A program made the translations under genes and the position numbers. This document shows, in pieces, positions 45,101 through 57,729 of a DNA stretch of 64,000 bases. Within the stretch, counting starts at the first letter, position 1. Every line of letters starts with the position of its first letter. The notes below the pieces were generated by a model that worked only from the letters and a program-made list of their open reading frames with translations, had not been told where the DNA came from and did no database searches. This stretch comes from Trichosphaerium sp. ATCC 40318 (Eukaryota; Protista; Tubulinea): positions 62,001-126,000 of the forward strand of contig JALMLS010000568.1 in the NCBI GenBank assembly GCA_038496445.1, given 5' to 3'.

Positions 45101-46966
45101 TGCTGATCCTAAAAAGAGGCCTACCTTTCGTCGTATCATTGACACTTTGGAGATTGTCGAACAAAAGACGAGTAAAAACAAAAAAGATCCTCAAAGTATG
45201 CCTTTAGTGTTCGAAAATGCGTTTTCTATGCTCACACTTTGTAGTTCTAGGATCAAAGATACGCTCTACATGTACGTTTAAAATGAAGCTATAAATTCCT
45301 AACTAAAGTAGATCGGGAGAGTTCAATTCCTTTTGGGGCGCATGGCACTTTAGATACTGCAAAGGATCAGGTTATGACTGAAGTCAGAGTACAAACTTGA
45401 TTGTGTAACTTACTTAATTAACAAATGATCACAGCAGGAAATCGATGCCATGGATGTAGACATTATAACTCCAAACCAACATTTAGAACATGGCAAACTT
45501 GAAAAAGATACTTACTTTAGTACGAGTATTGTCGTACGTTGTAATTGATTTGTGTGCTACATACAGTAACTTCATTAGGATAAGTTTTTTTATCCAAACA
45601 CAAGCGAAAAGGACACTTGCGTTCAAAATACTGAAGATGATATGGATGTCGAGAAAATATTGGGAATAGACGATGTGACGTTAGGTAGGGAGTTAGTCGA
45701 CATAATTTTATACCAATATCTTCAAAGTTAGTTATACTAAGTTTATTGGCAGGGTTTGAATCAGCACGTGGCGAAAAACTTACAAAACATCGAGAAGAGA
45801 TGGAATATAAATACTCTCAATCCAAGCCAGAAAAGAAGACCCAAAGAAAAAAGAGAAAAACCGAAATTACCGAGCTACAAATGAGGAAAACAAGTACACC
45901 TTCAGAAGAAACCAAAGTACAGTTTCAGTTTAAAATATATTTTCTTCCAAATAGCTTATACCTACAAACAAGCATACATCAAATTACGATGAAGAATGGA
46001 TTGACAGTATACGCAAAGGTAGGATAGATAGTACAACAGTTTAATAACATTTTGTTTGTAACAGTAATGCCAACAACGGAATTTAAACTAAACGTCAACG
46101 AGATCTGTTATGATAGAGCCAAGGTACTCTAGTTATCAAAAAGTGCTCCTTAAACTCACGTAAAAAGCCGCATGCCTTCGAGAGAGAGCCAATCCCACAC
46201 GATAATCCTATTATTGTATATCATCCAATTGGAGTCTATAATTGGCGAGACGTTCAGTATACCATTAAATGCTTGAGTAAGCTGTTTGTACAGGAATTGA
46301 CTAAATATCCTCACATATTCATAGACAAACGAAACAAGGGTGAACCCAAAACAAAAGAGGATTGGAATGTAGCATTTGACCGGGGACTTTATAATCACCT
46401 TCTTCGTAATGAAATAGCGACTATTGACGGGACACAGACTATTCTTTACTTTCAGTTTGCATATATTGGCGAATACGAGATATCTCTATTTTACTACACA
46501 CCTGATCATCCAATTGGAGTTGTCAAGTGCCATGTAGTTTCTGGGCTACCTCCTTTTGTTCCTAGTTACCTTGAAAAAACTACTCGGCCTAGTCGGTACC
46601 TTTGTTACTCATCTCTACTCTTGCTAAATATAATACTAGAAAGCGTCTACGAACAGATGATCACCCCAATGATACTTTATATCCCCATCAAAACAGTAAA
46701 ATTGTACTGGATAATGAAGCTTTTTTGGACTTGCTTCAAAGTTGTTCAAGTACATTCAACAAAAGTAATGAGAGGAACCTAGCAGATAGAGTTCGAAGAT
46801 ACCATAATGAATATACAAAGTCTGACAAAGTACGTTTTGTTTAATAGTTAAGGCGAAAGCGGTTGTATAAAACAATTTTGTGTAGGAGGATAAGGAACTC
46901 AATAATTTGGCTACTAAATTGTATGCCACTTTTAATGACCACGTAAAAGATGATACTTCAAAGTAA
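42179..46966 (+). CDS. Pair 2 gene B2: N-domain, IPT/TIG, ankyrin, TKL-type pseudokinase, C-terminal domain X-like module
   Basis: ATFTDIQLG, VEAHEWIG, PHIVNIAPNKVRVG..AVIYGRDF, GETALHFVAAHG; kinase fold VAIKIF, LHHENIV, AHRNLTAEN, KITGFGL, GTPI|YMAPE, ADVYAFG, DCWDADPKKRPTF; then RGLYNHLL..ILYFQFAYIGEYEISLF..VKCHVVSG. Confidence 0.85.
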
Positions 46967-47027
46967 ACAATCGAGCGTATGTTTCTTATATTAAGATGTC
47001 CATTATATCAAGGCGAGTACAGTTTGT

Positions 47028-47149
47028 TAGTGATGTTAAACAACTGAAGTAGACTCAAATAGCTCGACTTTTGAATATTAAGCGAGTTGAATTTGAATAC
47101 AACAAGAAAAAAGTAGGAAAAGTATGGTTTGAGCACTTCAACACCACTG
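47028..47149. mobile_element. Short hAT-like MITE
   Basis: Imperfect TIRs TAGTGATGTTAAA / TTCAACACCACTG (reverse complement CAGTGGTGTTGAA); same family as 948 and 55843. TSD not identified. Confidence 0.5.
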
Positions 47150-47764
47150 CATAGTTGTTTTTCTTATCGAATACTATGTTTTGGTTCTATGGTGTTGGCA
47201 CGAAACACTGGTTGGTATAACATTCACTTATTAGACTGTTCAAAGGGGTACCTTAACTAGTTTAGCGTTAAGTGCTGAGTGTTCATCGAATTTTGGTAGA
47301 CGAATGCCATCAGACCATTTCTTTTTGTTGTTGTTGTTATGGTTGAATTGAATATGGTGCTTACATAGTTATTTGTTACAGTGGGAACTAGTTTGAGTAC
47401 TCATTCATTGTTTGGATCATTTCGTTTGCATGAGAGAAGTTGTAAATGTGGCCCTACAAAATTTGGTGTCCAGTTAGTACAAGTAAATTTGGAACAGCCA
47501 TCCATTTTCATTTTCTTCCTTCCATCAATAATTTAAGAAACACAAAGAAAATTGCACATGCAGAACTCAAGTGTACTATACATGGCGCGATGGCCGTAGG
47601 TACAAATTTTAAAGCCTTTCATTGTTAACGGTTGGTATAAAACCGAAAAGTACCGACAGTCAAAGCAATTTTCCAAACAAACTTTGCCTCTTTTCGATTG
47701 ACAAGCCGGCAGAACTACCAAATTCCAAGAATTTCAAAAACTGTCCCAAAAGCGATGCTGTTAA

Positions 47765-48894
47765 GGACATGCACTATTTTTTTTACTTTCGCTCCGGATA
47801 TTTTTGGATTTTGACGGATATCGCCGACTTTACACGTTTTTTTCCGGATACTCTGTTCACTGTTGTCATGTGACCAAGGTCCTACAGGTGGGTACCTAAT
47901 GTGACGTACAATACAAATTGCTTATGCATTCAGTGACATACAAACAGCTTTGAGAAACTTGCACTCTTCCATGAAACAGTACCTTGAAGATGAATTGAGG
48001 TGCTCAACACAACTTCTTTGTTGTTATGGCATGAACATTAGCTCATCTTAGTTTGGGTACACTCCTTTTCAGAAACAGAGGGGCATTATGTACTGTTCAC
48101 AGCCTGTACATGCTCCATCTAAAAAAGGTATCCTTCTGCAATTGTAAATTGCTACCTTTGTTTTCAGAATCATTGAAACAACACAATCAGCACAGACTGC
48201 CACAAAGAGAATATACACAGATCCCAGAGGTGTAATAATCCCCTCAACAAGATTAATTCAAACGACAAACCATTGGAGGAATGCAACGAATCTGTAAGTA
48301 CAAAGCAATTGCCAATTGCTATTGTCAAATTTTTTTATCTGTTTTGTAATTTCAGTATGCAATTTTCACGGCATGGACATGTTTACTTTTTACATATTAA
48401 TTCCTATGATTGCTTTTGGCGTACAATTAGCAATTGTTCCTTAAACTGACTCATTGCAAGTGTCACTTGACACTTGGTGTCAACAATTGTCAATTGCATA
48501 AACAGGGAGATAAGTACACTTCCTCCTGTTCCTACGAGCCATAAAACAAGTGTGCTCAAAGAATGTGGAAACAAATGAGCATTAAAAACATTGTACAGCT
48601 CCTTCAATCTACACCACCGGGGGTACATGCTTCAATTTTCAAGTACCAAGTTTCTCTAAGGTAAGGCAATTTCCAGTTGCCCAACCTCATTGACATCAAT
48701 GCCATTAGGTACAGCTTTGACACTAAGCAAGGTGAGTGCACCATATTGCCAGCAGCTTTCACCAAACAAGGAAAAAACACCAATTGCCCTTAGTATAATT
48801 CATCTCGTTATCCGGAAAACAAGGAAAAGTCCGACACACAACCGTCAAAAGTTGAAAATATCCGGAGTAAAAATAAAAAAAATAGTGCATGTCC
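47765..48894. mobile_element. Non-autonomous TIR DNA transposon (1130 bp) with TAA TSD, PIF/Harbinger-like
   Basis: Left end taa|GGACATGCACTATTTTTTT..CTCCGGATATTTT..TTTTGACGG; right end CCGTCAAAA..AAAATATCCGGAG..AAAAAAATAGTGCATGTCC|taa. The paralogous empty site is ccgttaacgcaactaaa at 38138-38154. No intact transposase. Confidence 0.9.
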
Positions 48895-49341
48895 TAACGC
48901 AACTAAATTTTCATTACAACAATGATGCACGCAAATCCTTTTAACTGTGCTATGCATGTCCAACTAGCAAAGAAAACCTTCAAAATCAAAAAAACACAAA
49001 AAAGAACAGCTCAACATGTTTCCCACACGTATATATGCGTTCCGTACGACTTTACTAAATAAAAGTCTGTAGATATGCGTTTTCTTTTGTTTTGTCCGGT
49101 TCGTTTTAGCTGTTTGCTGTTAGCTCTTAAAATTTTACAACACTACGCATCCTGTGCCAATAGTAACAACGACAATTGTCTAGGCGAACACCTTTTGTTA
49201 CCTACTGTGACAACATAATGAACAAGTTCTTGGGTTGTTTAAAATAGCGACGCCAAAAAAAAACAAATGTTAAGTTTATTTTTACAATAGAGTACGGAGA
49301 ACAAAACAGTTTTGGTGGATTATGAAAGCCATAGCTTAGCT

Positions 49342-51608
49342 CTAAATGGTTTTGTATGTGATACATAATTTTTCTTCGTCGAGGGGTAAAGAGAACGTCC
49401 CTTCCATGAGCTCATAACATGCTTTACCAAGAGAAATGATAATGTCTTTAGTTGGGAAAGTGTGTAATAGTACTCGCTTTCCATGAGTAACGTTGGCATT
49501 GAAATGGTTGGCCACAAAAGACGAAAATTTACTTACAGTAATAGGTCCCGGAATGCCTGAAAATCGAACCTCTTGGACTGTAGGGCGGTGAGCCACAGCC
49601 GACCAAAGTAGACCATGAATAAAAAAGCAGCTCTCTTTTGAATAGGATAAAGGGATGCTGTCAGAACCTCGCACTGTGATGATATAGGAGCTGCTGGTGA
49701 TGTCCAAATCAGCGTTTGCATTTTGTAGCTTTTCTATGATTATTTCTTTGGAGCCATAAATGCGATGAGAGGCTTCCATGAGAAGCTCGTTAAGTTCTTT
49801 TTCAGAAAGAGTATTGATGGCATGAGTAGTAATTGTAACTTTTCTCGGATCAGGTTCGGTGCTCCAGATAGTTGTAGGTGTACATCCATTATCGAGTTGT
49901 TCTTTTGTGAGTACAGGTTTACCAAGCAAGTTGATATAGAACGTTGAAGTATGCTTTTTGCCAACAAGCAGATTCGACATTTTCTCCTTCAGGATTTCAT
50001 CTGAATTACTGTTGTGCAATGTCATAGGCTTTCCTGTTCGTTGTCTTTTTTGAGAATTGTTTAAAGGCCTAAAATTAATATTAGCAGTTGTAGCTGAAAT
50101 TGAAATGACGTGCTGGTGTGCATTTTTTCGCTTTTTGGACATTTTCTCCTTCAGGATTTCATCCGAATTTCTTTTTTGCAATGACACAGGCTTTTCTATG
50201 TCTTGTCTTTTTTGAGGATTGTTTGTAGGCCTTACATTACATTAACAAACTGTAGCTTAAGCTGATAACATACTGCTTTGTATTTTTGTTTGCACGACTG
50301 TTGAGGTTGTTTTCTTGTTCTTTTACTTGTTTTTCAGATGTGTAGTATGTTATTTTATCTTTCATGCCTGCGTATTTGGAATTACGAGAGTAAGCGCGGA
50401 TGGTTATCTTAAAAATTTCTTCTTTGGAGTCAACGTGGCTGATGATCGCAGTGTACCACCAACCATGAGCAAGCGCCAATACCAAATTGTATTGTAAATT
50501 TCCATCTGGCGTTATTGTAGATGATTGTCGTTTCTCCAATACTGGATGTCTCCCTTTATTCTTATCGTGTTTTGTGTTTGGTTCGCTACAAGGGAATTTT
50601 CGTTTTAAGTCTTTGGTCTTATGCTTAACCTCACATACATATTTTGTTATGTCGTTTCCAGGAAGAATTACTCTAATTGGTTCACGGTTTTCAAATGGGT
50701 TTCCATGATATTGAGGTTTTGGGATCTTATGAGAGTGAGTAACAAATTCACATTGGAGTCAAGGAAAGCAAAAAAGAAGAAAAGCGAGAAGGAAACTTAC
50801 ACTCATGCTTCGACCTTGTGCCAACATTATTACGAATATCCATTTAAAACTCCTACCGTGATATTTCGCTTGAGATGATATTGGTTTGTTGCCACAAATT
50901 TTGGATGAAGAACAGAAAACGGGTTGCGAGATAGGTGTAAATTCACGTGACTTTTCTTCTTGTATCTTTTCTGGGGGTGACTCAAGTGTCAAATGAGCAC
51001 TGTCTGGTATTTTTCTTGAATTGCATGAACTTGTGGTTTGTACATTGTTTAAGTTTTCTTTGAGCATAGATTGCTCCTCTCTATTTCGTACGTAACTTCT
51101 TATTATTTCCTCGATTTTAATTTTACCAAAAATTCGGGCTGCTGTGGCTGGTGTCAAACCATCAGTTGTAGTTGCATTGACATCAGCTCCTACAATAGTA
51201 AAGTGAGGACAGAATATGATTAAGCTAAAACAATGAGCAGTACCCGCGTGTAAGAGAGTGCTAACGATAGGAACTTCACCTTTCACCGCGGCTACGTGTA
51301 GTGGAGTTAAGCCTCTTTTTTTAGTTTTCGCATTTACATCAAACCCGTTGTTTAACAGTAATATGACAGCGTCATGGTTTTTTCCATTTATCGCCAGGTG
51401 CAGCAACGTTTCTCCATCTTTTTAATGTGTCAGAAACGGGAGAAACATAAAAAGGAAACAAGTAAACGAACCGTCTAATTTTTCGTTTAGAAGCGAACTG
51501 GCACCTAGTAGGTGCGTTTTTTGAATTAATTCCATTGCGCTAAATGCTTATTAGCGGTAGTATGTTGAGTATTTATCGTTACATATCTAGACCCGAAGGG
51601 ACACTCAT
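49342..51608 (-). CDS. Pair 3 gene A3: ankyrin, divergent domain X, extra C-terminal domain of about 200 aa
   Basis: GETLLHLAING, GLTPLHVAAVKG, GLTPATAA; KWIFVIMLAQGRSMS|...YNLVLALAHGWWYTAII..FKITIRAYS; duplicated NSDEILKEKMS linker with KKRK; terminal domain ...IITVRGSDSIP...VRFSGIPG...CITYKTI*. Confidence 0.78.
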
Positions 51609-51660
51609 TTGAATATTGGTACGAAATTATAAGCTTGTGAAGACTTAACAAACGCTAGCC

Positions 51661-51680
51661 TCGAACAAATTCAGTTAATT
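51661..51680. promoter_or_regulatory. Degenerate promoter motif, pair 3
   Basis: TCGAACAAATTCAGTTAATT, with a second TCGAACAA at about 51728. Confidence 0.35.
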
Positions 51681-51744
51681 TAACAACAAATGGTTTTGTT
51701 TTCGTCAATCAAAAATAAACTATTAACTCGAACAAACGCGCCAG

Positions 51745-54700
51745 ATGGAGACCGATGACCGTGAAGATATATTTCCGCTTCCACCGCGCGATTCATCTTC
51801 CGCTACATGGGATGACACAGCGAACACACAGCAGACAAAGATAGACGACATTGAAAATTCATTTCCGCTAGTTGCAATGGATTGTGGGGATATTGAAACT
51901 CCAGCACATTTCTATGGCGGTGAAGTTTCGAAACAGTATTTAACACCAGAACCTTGCGTTTTTTTGGTAAAGACCCTCAATAGTATTAAAACTGACTGCT
52001 TTGTAGACCGTGAAAGAAGATGCACCAAAATGCTACGTACAGTGTACTATTGAAACGGAACCATGGCTATCACCTTTTAAACAATTGAAGCTTAGAGAAA
52101 ACAACAACCCAACGGGTACGCAGCGTTTAAGGGCCTTAAACTACGTAATTAGCTTTTCGTATAACGACAAACATCCTACAGGTTACCATTTTTTTTTGCG
52201 TGACGTTTGGATCACGTGTTTTTATTTGGTTTTTTTTTGAAGCTGAAATTATGTTGCGGGTATAAATATGCGCTTGGATAGCGAAACGAAAGGTTTTAAC
52301 ACGTCCGTCTTCAGTTACGGCCATTCCATTTTCTAGTGCCACCCATGTGCTCTTCAGCAGTTCTACCTACTCTGAATGGACTCAATCGTTAAACCAGTAT
52401 CCTGTACCTAAAAAACTAATCTATTTGTAAAGATTACATTCGAAGAAATTTTGATGCAAACGGTGTTGCCACGTTTGATGGAATTCAATTAGGTACCACT
52501 TACTGGTATTAACAATACAATAAATGATCGTTTGGATAGGAATTAACGTTAGATTGGATGGACATCCATTTAAGTTCGATGCATGCCTCCGGTTTGGTGT
52601 TTTTTTGGTATGTTTTCTATATGATCACATATGTTTCTTACGATCTACTAAAGTGGCATTCGACAGAACCTTATAAGGAATTCTTTGTTAAAGTAACGGC
52701 TCATATGTGGATGGGTTGTTTAGAAACACACTTTGTGACACTTCTTTTGACAACATCATAGGCATTGACAAACCTACAATAACAAGTATCGCACCTGATG
52801 TTATTTTACTTAATTGTGGAATGCGGGGTTAGAAATGAAGAGTTTTGGAATGTTCTTACACCTTCTCTAGGAGCAATTACAGGAAGTAATTTTATGCCAC
52901 CATCTACGATTTACTTTTATACGGAGCGAGGAATACTTGTGCATTGGTCCTGTGCACATGATCATCCCTCGTTATACATTAAACAAGTAGAAATGGCAAT
53001 ACAACGTGAACCCTGCACACTGTACGCAAGAGTAGTATCGGGTATGTCAAATGCTCTCTACGTACATTGCTGATGTTCTGTTTAAGCTAATGGATGGTCG
53101 AAAAACCATGTTGCAGTTCGATATGTTACACACGAACAAATGACTCAAGGCTTTCGTGTTGGAGCTCCTGATGAGAATAAGTCAAGTTCCCCTCCAAGAT
53201 ATGACGTAAGCGACTTCCTGTTACTCGAGTCAGCAGAACAGACTGTGATCCTTCGCAAAGGTTTTGATTACGAATACACACTTTCTAAACTTGGTTCAAG
53301 TGGTAGCAATAGATGTACGTTGCGTCAAGCATATGTCACTTACAGAACTAGACGGAGATACCACACTTCATTTCGTAGCAGCACATGGTACAGTTGAAAA
53401 TGCTGAAGATCTTCTTTCTAAAGGAGCATGTCTCGAATCTCAAAACGAACGAGGTGATACACCTTTATTCTGGGCAGTGGCAGCAAAAAATGCAAATGTA
53501 CTTAAAGTTTTGATTGACAAAGGTACACAAACTTTGATATTATCTCATCGTATTACAAGTTCACTTTTACTTGGTAGGGGCATCAACACAAGCTGTAAAC
53601 AAGGATGGTATGACACCTCGAAAACTTGCATCGCTGCTTGGATATAGTTTAGAAAATGGAAACGCCTATCATAACAAAGATAGCCATGTTAGGAACAAAA
53701 ACGATCAGTGAGTATTAGAAACAATAACACTGCTTATTTTCTATTCTAGGGAAGAAGAGGTTGAAGAGGGCATACCGAAACAAGGTAACATACATTCAGG
53801 AATACTGGTTTTTTCTTGTTTTGACGCCGATTAGTAAAAAGATGTGTTAAAGAGACGCCTACAAGTGTTTTAAAAGCAGCAGGAGTTAAGGTACAGTTCA
53901 AAAGCAGAATATATTTTGTTGTTGTAATCGATTTGTTGCTTCTGAACCTATTACTTCTATAGTTTATTCCTACAAACAACATTGTATCTACATATGATAT
54001 TGAGGCATATCTTGGAGGTGATATATACGGTGGGTTGTATAGTTTTGAGACTTGTTTTATTAACTTGTGTTCTTTTCATAGAGGTGTATCTGGCTGCCTT
54101 CAAGGGTGAGAGAATTGCTGTTAAGATTATTAAGGGATATACTGCCATTGATTCTGAAGGATTTACTGCTTTATTTCATAGAGAGGTTATGACATTGAAG
54201 TATTTACATCACGAAAACATTGTGAATTGTCTTGGATACACAGAAGGTACACATTTGTGATACTATTTGATATAAAGTAACGGTCATAAGGTGATATCAC
54301 TATGGGAAATGCATCGATGAGTGTATTGGGTATTGTAGTAGAGCATATTCCTGGTCATGATTTAGCAACAATCATCGAAATACAAGAAGAATACCTTGCG
54401 AATTTAACAATACTTCAAAAATTTTGGAAATTGGTATCCATACTAAGACTATGCTAATGTGCTAAGTTGTTTTAGCCAAATTTTGTGTCTGAGAGTTTCA
54501 AACAAAGGTTGAAGGTTTTAAAAGGCATTGCTCTCGGTATGGAGCATTTACATAAATTAAATGGAGCTCACAGGAATTTAAGAGCCGAGAATGTATGAGA
54601 CCATCATTACATTTGATCAACTTTAATGTTTTTGTTGTTTAGGTTATGGTACAGCCGGGAGGAAATGTAAAAATTATAGGCTTCGGTTTATCTATGATTT

Positions 54701-55497
54701 GTGGTACAAGTGCCAGTACTATACAAACTACCAGCTCACTCAATGAAACCCATGAGCAAATGGGTACACCAATGTGCGTTCAATATCAACGACAAAGACA
54801 TCTTTTTGCACTTTACCAATGTATTCTTAAGATACATGGCTCCAGAAGTACACGCTCTCTTCCCTGACATTCCAGGAAAAGTAACAATTAAAGCTTGGCA
54901 ACAGTACGTACTTAAGCATGATGTAAAAAAAATTGTTTGTAGGGCGGATATATATGCGTTTGGTGTATTATGTTATGAGCTATTATGCTCCAAACGCGCT
55001 TGGAGTGGTGTTATAGATACAACTGAGCTTGGGTATGAGTTATTCTGCACAATACTGAGATAATTAATGTTGTTTAGACGTCTTGTATTACAAGGGCAAC
55101 GGCCACAGTTCCCTGATGAAATTTGGGAAAGAGTTGAGGAATCAGAACTGGCAATCTTGGCGCAAGACTGTTGGGAGTGTGATCCTAAAGATAGACCTAC
55201 ATTTGTTCATATTATTACTGTTCTAGATTACATTGAGCAGATGTACACGGATGAAGCACAATACTTAAGTGGTAAGTTGGGTTTTATTACAGACTATCTA
55301 AAGTGAAACACTAATACTGACAAAATACAAAAGACCATGATCCACTGGATGCAGTGCTCAAGTTAGCAACTAATAAAGCCACTTGTCAAAAGGAAATACA
55401 AAAATGCAATGCAAAATACCAAAAAGAATATTATGAGTGGCTGGCTACAGAAGCAAGGTACGACGCAAGAAGGAATTTTGATAAAGACACAAGCTAA
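51745..55497 (+). CDS. Pair 3 gene B3: N-domain, IPT/TIG, ankyrin, TKL-type pseudokinase
   Basis: GVATFDGIQLG, VTAHMWMG, PTITSIAP..AITGSNF, GDTTLHFVAAHG, GDTPLFWAV; IAVKII, LHHENIV, AHRNLRAEN, KIIGFGL, YMAPE, DCWECDPKDRPTF. Confidence 0.85.
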
Positions 55498-55842
55498 AGA
55501 AGGTGAAGGTGAAGGAAGAACAACAAATAGGCTTATTGGATAAAAGTTAATAAAGTGTTGTAAAGCGTGGTAATCTTTGCGTCTTTTATTGCCTGTTGCC
55601 CTCTGTGCTGGTTTCGAATCACTGTGTAGTAAGTCAGGTCTTGTTCTAGTTGCAACAAGGGTCTGTTTACAATAGTATGTAATATACTTAGAGCAAACTC
55701 CAAGCAAACGGAGTGGTATTGGAAATCTACAAAGATAGTTTACTGGTTTAAGTACCATTAGCAATGGACATCACTTAGTATAATTAGTAGTGAGGCCTGT
55801 AGCACGTGCAGCGATATCGAAATACTCTATCAAAGTGGAGGC

Positions 55843-56717
55843 TAGTGTTTAAACGACTGAAGTCAAGTCGACTCGACTCGACTGACTCGCCAAGTCGACT
55901 CAAAATTTTGGAATCGGCTGACTTGGACTTGAAATGGCCTCAATTTCAGAAAAAATTAGAAAAAATACAGCGCCTAAGCACTTTGGTGGCATCACATTGG
56001 TGTGTCAAGTTACCGTTCACTCTATGTTGGTGCTGTGGCGCTTGTAGCGTATTCTCATAAAAACTCATTTTTGTTTAAAATTAGAATTTTCAAAGGCTCA
56101 AAGGGAGTAAGTACCCTTTGACTTGACGCTCGGATCACGCTGTTGACTCGACAATCAAAAAAAAAAATTGATTATCACATAACACGTGATTTACAATTCT
56201 TTGTTCTATTTACTAATTACTATGTGTTTTTAGCGCTTATTCGCAGTCTGCTTTTATTAATGACAACTCAGCGGGACTCAAGTTTTGTCATATAGGGATG
56301 GTGATAATATGAACTTGGGGTTCTGTCGGGGCTAAAAACGTGCTCGAGTCGTGAGTGGTTTTTTTGTTCATTTAACATTATGACTCCATGTCTGCCGGGG
56401 TAAAAGTGGTGCCGAGTCGGACTCAACTATTTGAGTTGTAGCTGACTAAGGTTAAAGAGCGGGATCAAGTCACAAAGGAGGTGTTTTTATTAACAGTTGA
56501 CTAGTGTACATTTTACACTTGTGTCACGAGTCAGTATTCACTATGACTAGGGCTTGTGTCAGGTAAAAACATGCTCAAGTCACGAGTCAGTATGCGTTAT
56601 GACTCCATGTCTGTCGGGGTAAAAATGGTGTTAGTCGTTACTCAACAATATTTACAATGGTACTATATATTGGGCGACTGAGTCGAGTCAGTCAAAAGTA
56701 GACTATTTAACACCACC
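55843..56717. mobile_element. hAT-like non-autonomous element with GACTC/GAGTC subterminal repeats and internal direct repeats
   Basis: Left end TAGTGTTTAAACGACTGAAGTCAAGTCGACTCGACTCGACTGACTCGCC; right end GGCGACTGAGTCGAGTCAGTC..TTTAACACCACC. Internal repeat TATGACTCCATGTCTG(C/T)CGGGGTAAAA at about 56379 and 56598. Confidence 0.6.
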
Positions 56718-57113
56718 TTAATACAAGTATTATCCCCAATGATGACAATTAAGTTCTGATAATATACAAACCAGCAAAGGACTAGTACCGAAGGTCAAAC
56801 CTTGCTACCAGAGCAAGGTTTGTGTTATTCAGGTGTTGTCAGTGCTAATAAATTATGAATATTGTAAAAAAATCAATCTAAAAGTTCTTACCAAGGCAAC
56901 TAATAGTTCATTAGGCGCTCTAGTGCGCTGTCACAAGATATATTACCTCTAATTAACGCGCTCTTGTACGCCATCACTCTTATTTAGGAATACATAGTTG
57001 TTTAAGTAAGATGACTTACACTAACATTAGTTAAGTACCATTACTTACACACTAATAACACTAATAGCAGAAAACTAGAAATAAAAACCAGGTTTCAATT
57101 ATCAATTGTTTAT

Positions 57114-57497
57114 TTAAGTGAGAATACAATCGCGCATTTGTACTTTAATACCAGCAATAATACAAGAATGTCCACGGCATTGGCCATTTCTCTTACACCA
57201 TCTTCTTGAACTGTTAACTTTACCAGGCTCCAAGACAATGTGATCTGGGTTAGTACAAAAGGTACAATGACACAAGTGTGATGCATCTACTAAAGTACGG
57301 GCCAAACCCGGATACCATAAGTAGTTGCCATCAAGCCCTTTGTCAAACAAAGTAATGCCCTTCTCCACATATAGAACTGTATGGGCTAGATTGAAAAGTC
57401 TGCTCATTTTTCTGGTTCTAAATACAGCACGGAGGTACCCTGCACTAGTGGTTGACCCTCTGGTGCACAATTTGCACCCGGTATCTAGAATATACAA
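57114..57497 (-). CDS. His-Cys box (I-PpoI-like, His-Me finger) endonuclease domain, free-standing; start uncertain
   Basis: DASHLCHCTFCTNPDHIVLEPGKVNSSRRWC...C.GH.C fits the SHLCH..C.NP.H...E...N..R..C zinc-binding loop. Upstream GCKLC...GY fits the HNH-type N-terminal strand. Confidence 0.85.
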   Translation of the reverse strand: MYILDTGCKLCTRGSTTSAGYLRAVFRTRKMSRLFNLAHTVLYVEKGITLFDKGLDGNYLWYPGLARTLVDASHLCHCTFCTNPDHIVLEPGKVNSSRRWCKRNGQCRGHSCIIAGIKVQMRDCILT

Positions 57498-57729
57498 TAA
57501 GTTTCTGAGTGATTACTTTGCTTGTTTTGTTAAGGTATACACTTAAGCACACACACAATAACCCTAATAGTGACGCATTTGAATATAGATTTATACTTCA
57601 ACATGTAAAGGATTGGACCTTGAGCTGTTTATAGTTGTAGTTTTATCAATCAATTCAGTATCAATGTCAATTTGGTTAAGTATGTGCACTTAAAATGAAA
57701 TAGCCCGTATCAATATAACTCAGTGATTG

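Noticed and set aside
47900-48800. CpG depletion in the TIR element and virus-like patch as a sign of methylation
   Set aside because: It looks low by eye but was not convincing at 56.7-57.7 kb; it needs computed observed/expected values against host exons.
55430-55545. MSGWLQKQG as the start of a PH domain after the B3 pseudokinase
   Set aside because: It is out of frame with the spliced B3 exon, which ends DKDTS* at 55497, and its own frame closes after about 35 codons.
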